Source: Auanema rhodensis
Lineage: Eukaryota > Animalia > Nematoda
Assembly (NCBI GenBank): GCA_964057225.1
Contig: OZ059895.1
Location: 12,090,001 to 12,154,000, forward strand
Direction of reading: 5' to 3'
Length of the DNA: 64,000 nt
Shown here piece by piece: positions 56,711 to 64,000 of this stretch. A model generated the notes under the pieces. It saw only the letters and a list, made by a program, of their open reading frames with translations. It was not told where the DNA came from and did no database searches. Numbering within the stretch: position 1 is the stretch's first letter; each line of letters starts with the position of its first letter. Made by a program: the position numbers and the translations under genes.

Positions 56711-57779
56711 TTTCAAATTTTTTTAACGATCATACCACGTTGAAAGTACGCCATGCAGCTGATTTTCAATTTTATCTCTTCCGTAACAAATGTTTTCAAT
56801 TTTCCAGCAGTTTTACTTAGATAGCTCAACCCAAGGCATTAAAATATCTTCAATCTTATTTCTATATTACAGTTATAAACCAGTAGTTTATGAACCTTCA
56901 TCTTAACTTTACTGTTTCTATCTATTTCCTATTGAAACAAACATTGTTTAAACACTATACAACTGTGAAACCTTTTTTAATTTATTGTATTTGGAGCTCA
57001 TAAGATTTGATATCATCGAGGGATTTAGGTGTTACGTAGAAAATTACATAACTAACATGAAATTGGAAAAAAAACAATAACGAGGATAAGTATGTAAATC
57101 ATTGAATATCAGATATTTTCGCTTACGACCATACCACGTTGAAAGTACGCCATGCAGCTGATTTTCAATTTTATCTCTTCCGTAACAAATGTTTTCAATT
57201 TTCCAGCAGTTTTACTTAGATAGCTCAACCCAAGGCATCAAAATATCTTCAATCTTATTTCTTTATTACAGTTATTACAGGGATTTAGATGTAACGTAGA
57301 AAATTACATAACTAACATGAAATTGGAAAAAAAACAATAACGAGGATAAGTATGTAAATCATTGAATATCAGATATTTCCGCTTACGACCATACCACGTT
57401 GAAAGTACGCCATGCAGCTGATTTTCAATTTTATCTCTTCCGTAACAAATGTTTTCAATTTTCCAGCAGTTTTACTTAGATAGCTCAACCCAAGGCATCA
57501 AAATATCTTCAATCTTATTTCTTTATTACAGTTATAAACCAGTAGTTTATGAACCTTCATCTTAACTTTACCGTTTTTATCTATTTCCTATTGAAACAAA
57601 CATTGTTTAAACACTATACAACTGTGAAACCTTTTTTAATTTATTGTATTTGGATCTCATAAGATTTGATATCATCGAGGGATTTAGATGTAACGTAGAA
57701 AAATACATAACTAACATGAAATTGGAAAAAAAACAATAACGAGGATAAGTATGTAAATCATTGAATATCAGATATTTTC

Positions 57780-57898
57780 GCTTACGACCATACCACGTTG
57801 AAAGTACGCCATCCCGTCTGATCTGGCAAGTCAAGCAACGTTGAGCCCGGTTAGTACTTGGATCGGAGACGGCTTGGGAATCCCGGGTGCCGTAAGCT
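57780..57898 (+). rRNA. 5S rRNA
   Basis: Full copy. Confidence 0.93.
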
Positions 57899-58653
57899 TT
57901 TCAAATTTTTTTAACGATCATACCACGTTGAAAGTACGCCATGCAGCTGATTTTCAATTTTATCTCTTCCGTAACAAATGTTTTCAATTTTCCAGCAGTT
58001 TTACTTAGATAGCTCAACCCAAGGCATCAAAAAATCTTCAATCTTATTACTATATTACAGTTATAAACCAGTAGTTTATGAACCTTAATCTTAACTTTAC
58101 TGTTTCTATCTATTTCCTATTAAAACAAACGTTGTTTAAACAATATACAACTGTGAAACCTTTTTTAATTTATTGTATTTGGAGCTCATAAGATTTGATA
58201 TCATCGAGGGATTTAGATGTTACGTAGAAAATTACATAACTAACATGAAATTGGAAAAAAAACAATAACGAGGATAAGTATGTAAATCATTGAATATCAG
58301 ATATTTCCGCTTACGACCATACCACGTTGAAAGTACGCCATGCAGCTGATTTTCAATTTTATCTCTTCCGTAACAAATGTTTTCAATTTTCCAGCAGTTT
58401 TACTCAGATAGCTCAACCCAAGGCATCAAAATATCTTCAATCTTATTTCTTTATTACAGTTAAAAACCAGTAGTTTATGAACCTTCATCTTAACTTCACT
58501 GTTTCTATCTATTTCCTATTAAAACAAACGTTGTTTAAACACTATACAACTGTGAAACCTTTTTTAATTTATTGTATTTGGAGCTCAGAAGATTCAATAT
58601 CATCGAGGGATTTAGATGTAACGTGGAAAATTACATAACTAACATGAAATTGG

Positions 58654-58903
58654 TGTGGCAATATACCACAAGTGTATAGTATGGTTGGAAGTAAAACACA
58701 AAGCGAATATGTAGAAAAGGGTTTATTGATGAATTAACAAGACAAGCACGGAATAAAATCACTGACTGCGAACGTTGAAAATGTAAGACTGATCTCTTCT
58801 CGTGGGCGGTCGTCAGCCTGAAACAAAGAGTTAGTCATGCCACATGTATAACACAACATGTGGTATGGATAAAAATTACTTAGGAAGTTAGAAGAAAGAA
58901 GAA

Positions 58904-58963
<60 letters not shown>

Positions 58964-59029
58964 AGGAGAAACAAATAAAACAATTGTTGAAGATAAAAAA
59001 TTATACAAACTCACTCGCTTATCGCGACA
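58654..59029 (-). repeat. BEL 3' LTR (with GA microsatellite)
   Basis: TGTGGCA...CGCGACA; homologous to but diverged from 1909-2303. Confidence 0.9.
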
Positions 59030-59059
59030 CTCCCGGCAATGCGAGAATGAGAAGAAGGC

Positions 59060-59572
59060 CTACAAAGGTCTTTTACGTTTTATATCTCCACAAACCACTC
59101 CATGATGCGTATCCGCCTTACATCTATAGCAGGATACCTCGCATATCGCTGGATGTTTTTGATTCAAACATCGGATGCATAACCCCAGTTCCAGAAGACG
59201 GAGAGTGCGTTCCGGTGAGGAAGGATAAATCGGACAGGCCGCAGTACGGTGCCCATCAGCTGTCGGTTTATTGCAGAATAAACATGAAGCTTTAGGAGCA
59301 GTCTGAATGGTCAAATTGTCTAGTTTCAGATTTAACGAATGTTGAATATTGTCCAGTCGTTCGGATAGATGGTTCACCGCGCTAGCTAGGTGCTCGTAGA
59401 GCCTCTTTTCAAGCACAATTAGTTGCCTCAGATTGGCAGCAGTGTTAGGTAGATGGGAATATTTTTTGAGCTCTTCCTCAAAGGAAGCATTCTCAATAAT
59501 ATTCGAGACAATATCTTCCATTTTCATGGAATATAGGAAAGACATGAGCTGCATCCTTATATGCATGTTCAC
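59060..59572 (-). CDS. Accessory ORF: helical N-terminus plus BEL-Gag-like triple Cys/His knuckle
   Basis: CLFC...H....C, CIRC....H...C, CYRC....HH...C. Confidence 0.7.
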   Translation of the reverse strand: MNMHIRMQLMSFLYSMKMEDIVSNIIENASFEEELKKYSHLPNTAANLRQLIVLEKRLYEHLASAVNHLSERLDNIQHSLNLKLDNLTIQTAPKASCLFCNKPTADGHRTAACPIYPSSPERTLRLLELGLCIRCLNQKHPAICEVSCYRCKADTHHGVVCGDIKRKRPL

Positions 59573-59868
59573 ATCTGGACTTTAAACGCTGATTAACATC
59601 TATTAGTTTATTGTACAATGGTGTGTTTAGGTTATCTTGTTACAGATACAATGAATTTTAGAGCCTGTACAAAAGGTTATGTGTTATGTAACTGAGTTGG
59701 ATAAAAGAAACTTGATACTACCATAAATTGAAAAGAAAGAAAAACAATGATATTGTTTTATTACAATGGTTATATTCGTACATAATGCTTTCTTTTTCTT
59801 TTGTTTCATTATTATTTCAATTTTTAATTTTAAATTTTATCTCCACAAGAAATTCTTCTCTTATGCTT

Positions 59869-61943
59869 TTAAAATCTTTGATCCCGAAATAAGGCTTTTG
59901 ATTTTATCCACATTGTGAATATCCTGGTAGCTATCCATTGTGTGGTTAAGACTGTATTCAAAACTACACAGTACATGATGGGTGTACATGCCACATATCC
60001 TATGGTGGCGGTTATTGCAACGCCTATCAATATGATTCCCAACTTTGATAAAATTAACTTGAAGATTGGAGCAAAGTCAATGGATTTGGATTCTGTACCC
60101 TTACTTGAGTCACTTTCGTTTATTTCATCTATGCTTGCTATGTGATGTAATATTCCTTTAATAATGATCTTAATTTTTTTATTGTCGCATGTGGTATAGC
60201 ATAATTCATCAATCTGAGAATTTTCTCTTTTCATTGTTACTTTTGTGATTGCTACTTTTGGAGAGCATTTTATCATGAATACTTCTTTTTGACATTCGAT
60301 AGAAACCCATGTTTCTTCTGCCGTAAGGCATTGGAATTCTGCGAATGCACCCTGCCCGCAGGAGTAGCAACCTGATAGTTTTGTCAGGGCAGGTGCGCAA
60401 GGCAAATTGTTGGAGAAGATCACTGAGTTTAAGAATAGGGATGAATCGACCGTAACTAAATTTTCGTCTAAATTCGTAGAGAATGATAACGTGTTATCTT
60501 TAGTTTTAAAGTTTTGGTTAGGAGATTTTATGTCTGATGTATTGGACATTTTTTCAAAAGTAGGGGTATCACACCTACATTTTATGTCATCAAATCTATT
60601 GAATGTGCAAGGGCAGAATGAGGATACTGTACAGTTATTAAAATGTTTTAATGCGGCTTCCTCTGTTCCACATTGAATTATTCCCTTTGTGTGTATATCC
60701 GTAATGTACGTGTTTTCTTTGGAGGAAAAAAATAATTTTGTGTACATTTCTGGAGGAGGTTGTGATTGTGATAACGTTGTTATATTGAAAAGTTGTTCAC
60801 GATTTTTCGTGTAAGGTTGTAGAGTGATATTGTAATTATTTTTCTGCTGGAGTAATGTTGTTTCTATATTAAATACGGTTTGGGTGGACCAACTATCACA
60901 AGTATAGACTTCGTATACTTCCTCAGTGACGGGTATATGCTCTATTTTGTAGAAAAGGCACGGATCTGTCCAAATCATAGGACATGTGTAAAATCTCGCT
61001 GACGATGTGAAGCAACCTGATTGTGAAGGGAACGTATATGGTTGTAGTTCCTCGATTTTATTATGAAGCGAGTTAGTTTCACATGTTCCGTCACACGAGC
61101 CCCGGTGACGGCATCGTAATATGCTCAATATGTTGACGGTTGTCTGTCTAGTGAAGTATCTAGTATTCTTCTGGCAGACATGTTCAGTATATAGTTTAGT
61201 TATTTTAAATTGACCAATTTCATGGTTAGAATGCGTTATGGTAATGCATAATTGTTTTGTTCCGGGAGAAAATATGATATCTTGACTGTATTCGTGATAA
61301 CAAGCTACGTTGTCGTGTCGCATCGTATGTTAACGAAGTGTTGAACATGAACATCGGAACATGAACTGCACCTTCCAATACATAAAGCCAAGATGATTGC
61401 CAGTAACGATGGTAAAGATGTTTGCGACCCTCTAGTAAAGAGAGAGAATTTTGGTGGCTTTCTCGTATGGTTTAAAATAGGGTAAATATGCTTTTGAAAG
61501 GTTTCATGATCCAAAATATTAGCGTCTTGTGTGTTCGTTTGTTTTAATTGCAACGTATCATTGTGGTCTTCTGTTATTTTTTGATCAGTTTCATGATCTT
61601 CTTGTTCGGAGATTGTTTTATGTTTTAATTTCATGATGTTGAGCATGGTTTGAGTGTTTCTGGACCATGTCTTATATCTATATTGGCTGTAACCCATGCG
61701 GCATAGACAAGAGACTATGAGGGTAACTGCCATAATGGTTATTATCACTGTCCATGTTGCCATTTCTGGGGAGCAATGAGGATTCGCTATAAGTTTTGTG
61801 GTGAACATGTTAGAGTCCTTGCAACTATTGATTTCTTCGGCATACGTCGAAGTAATTATAATCGGTAGTGAAAGGGCTTTCATTATGTCAGCTGCTATTT
61901 TTGGGTTTATTTTATTTTTTCTTTGGTGTGTGGCATAGGACAT
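59869..61943 (-). pseudogene. env: Phlebovirus-like glycoprotein (short Gn remnant plus Gc), frameshifted ~61310
   Basis: RCRHRGSC, SGC...PCLFYK, EVYEVYTCDSW, LSGCYSCGQGA, IKGIL and a C-terminal TM, typical of nematode BEL class II fusion env. Confidence 0.85.
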
Positions 61944-62011
61944 TTTTAGTGGGAAGGCTTTTATATTTTCCTTCTCAGTGACCTCATCTTGTTCTGTATA
62001 TTTTGCTGTTT

Positions 62012-64000
62012 TTACTGATGATAGTTTTGTTTTATTTTGAGGTCGATCGTTTGTTGCATCCTCATTATTCTCTGTTTCTGGAGTGTATCATGTTGAGAGT
62101 TATCTGATTCATATGCAATTTCGTAATTATGGTTGCTATCATTTATGTTATTGTTCTCATGTATTGTTTCATCTGTATGTTCTATAGGATGATCGGAGTG
62201 TATGTTGTCTAATACGGTATCAGTATGTGGTATTCTATCTGTTGAGCTATTATTTTCTTGGACTATGTGTGAGTTGTCTTCTATGATTTTGTTGTTGCTA
62301 GTGTTGCATCTTATCTCTAGTGGATAGAGCTGATTGATGGATCGAGCAATTATGTTTCCGTTGCTTGTTGCAACTTTTGCTGAACGTATGTTGCCATCTG
62401 AGCTAGTAATTGTTTCAATAATGCGACCTAGTTTCCATGTTCCTCGTGGCGACATGTCGTTTTGTATTATTACTATTTCATCCTCGTGAGGAAAGAGATT
62501 TGTGTGATTTTTTCTCTTGTTTTTATGTTTGAAAATGTCTTTTAAACTAGTTAGATACTCCTCCTGGAAACGTGTCCAGAATTTAGACGCTGAGTCTTCT
62601 GATAACTGAAGAGCTTCTAGCGCTTGCTCTGTTGATTGAATCGTTTGAATATCGCTATGGATATCAAATATATGAGTATCCGCGTTGTTTTCAGGTAATG
62701 AAAACTTTATGGCTGATGTTAAAAAGTCAATTGGCCTTATGGGTAGAGTATCTAAATTATCTGGGTGTGGATGGGTGAGTCTTTTGGTAGCGATGGCATA
62801 TCTGGTAATTCATAAGGATGTGATTGAAATCTTTTACATGTCACACAGTTTTTCAATGTTTGCTTAATGACTCCGGTTATTTTTGGTATATAGAACTTTT
62901 GTCTGAGTTGAATAAGCGTGAAATGTTTGCCTTGATGATTATTGTCTTTGTGTATTTTGTTGATCAGTTTTTTAACTATGGGGTTTGTTTTAAGAAGGAA
63001 TATAGGGTTTTTCGTCTCTTCGGGAAGAAGAGTATTTTGTAAACGACTTCTTACGCGATAAATGTCCCATGTATCTTTGAAGAATTTTAAATTTATATTT
63101 CTTTGCTGTAGCTCATCGAGGCTCATATTAGATTGGCTGTTACTGATCAAAATTTTTTCAATTATGTTGATGTCTTCAGCAGTATTCGTATCTGTTGATG
63201 TGAGATGTTTTATTTTTTGCAACTTGTTGGCGTTGTTAGGATGGACTTTAAGAAACCATTTTTTGAATAATTTTCCTACGGTTGTCATTGTTTTGATCAC
63301 ATCATCATAGTTTTCACGAATGTTCCAAATATCATCGGTTGGAAGATTGTCTATAATTATGTGGACCACATTGTGATGCTCCGATTCTGATTCTGCGTTA
63401 TTCCTGTTAGAGTTCTTAGGCGAGCCGAATGATGTCAGAGGGTTATGAGCGGAAAGTTTAGTTAACCAATGTGGACCCTTTATCCAGTCGGAATCTTGTA
63501 GTTTCTCGATGTCTGCACCTCGGGATCCAATGTCTGCAGTATTGTACGAGGTTTGTACATGATGTAATTCTACATTGCAACATACTTGTTTGATTTGGTG
63601 TAGCTGTTTATTTATAATGTTTGTTTGATTTTTAATGAACAGTGGGAGGGATTTTAGAGAAATAATCCATGATAGCGCGATGTTGCTATCGCTTACAATG
63701 TTGACTTTTGCCACTTTCGGGCATATGGTTACAATAGCTAATGCCATTCGTACTGCTAAGCGGATGGCTAATAATTCTAATCGAGGAATTGTGGTCTTAT
63801 TTTTGGGTGCTATGCGGGATTTACCGTTGAGCAGAGAACTAATCTGCTCGTTTGTTTGGAAATATGAACATGCGGCCATGGCTTGGTTGCTTGCGTCAGC
63901 AAAGACCCATAACTGTGTTTTATGTTCAGAGAATTTAAAATATCTTTTCATGGTCAATTGCTGATTGTTAATGTGATTAATATGTTGTTCCCATTGTTTG
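62012..64000 (-). pseudogene. pol: BEL Pol: RNase H, IN zinc finger, DDE core deleted, IN C-terminal region
   Basis: VFADAS, KSRIAP, TIPRLELLA, NTADIGSRG, H..H..CVTC; then a jump to RPIDFL...KFWTRF...PRGTWKLGRI. Confidence 0.88.

Larger units (their letters stand above)
54663..58653 (+). repeat. 5S rDNA array block 3 (4 full genes, 5 stubs; 1613-bp higher-order repeat)
   Basis: 54979 to 56592 and 56167 to 57780 are both 1613 bp. Confidence 0.95.
58654..64000 (-). mobile_element. BEL/Pao LTR element with phlebovirus-like env, 3' part (degenerate)
   Basis: 3' LTR 58654-59029, PPT TTGCCGGGAG, Pao-type RNase H, integrase remnants, Gc-like env. Confidence 0.94.

Noticed and set aside
1909-59029. 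A single BEL element, or a composite transposon carrying the whole array between two LTRs
   Set aside because: PBS and PPT lie outside the interval, coding regions point away from it, and the LTRs are diverged; two elements fit better

Overview
Eukaryotic, very probably nematode, DNA (nematode-type 5S sequence; 44-50 nt introns, many ending TTTCAG/TTTTAG). The backbone is a tandem 5S rDNA array with a ~529 bp unit on the + strand: 26 full-length genes, one interrupted gene and 10 deletion-derived 33-nt stubs. Five large virus-like elements are inserted into it. (1, 2) Two related BEL/Pao LTR elements at the window edges (1-2303 and 58654-64000, both minus), inserted at the same spacer position ~55-60 bp upstream of a 5S gene. 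(3, 4) Two full-length Ty3/Gypsy elements (12857-24911 +, degenerate; 27622-39360 -, intact 2947-aa ORF). Both have a herpesvirus-gB/class-III-like envelope protein embedded in frame between Gag and protease (Gag-Env-PR-RT-RH-IN), CG-ending LTRs, a tRNA-Gln PBS, 4-bp TSDs and accessory genes. (5) A 15.1-kb Maverick/Polinton (39548-54662) inside a 5S gene with a 6-bp TSD, carrying a 14-exon pPolB, major and minor capsid, protease, ATPase and a truncated integrase. All coordinates and alignments were read by eye; no searches were run.
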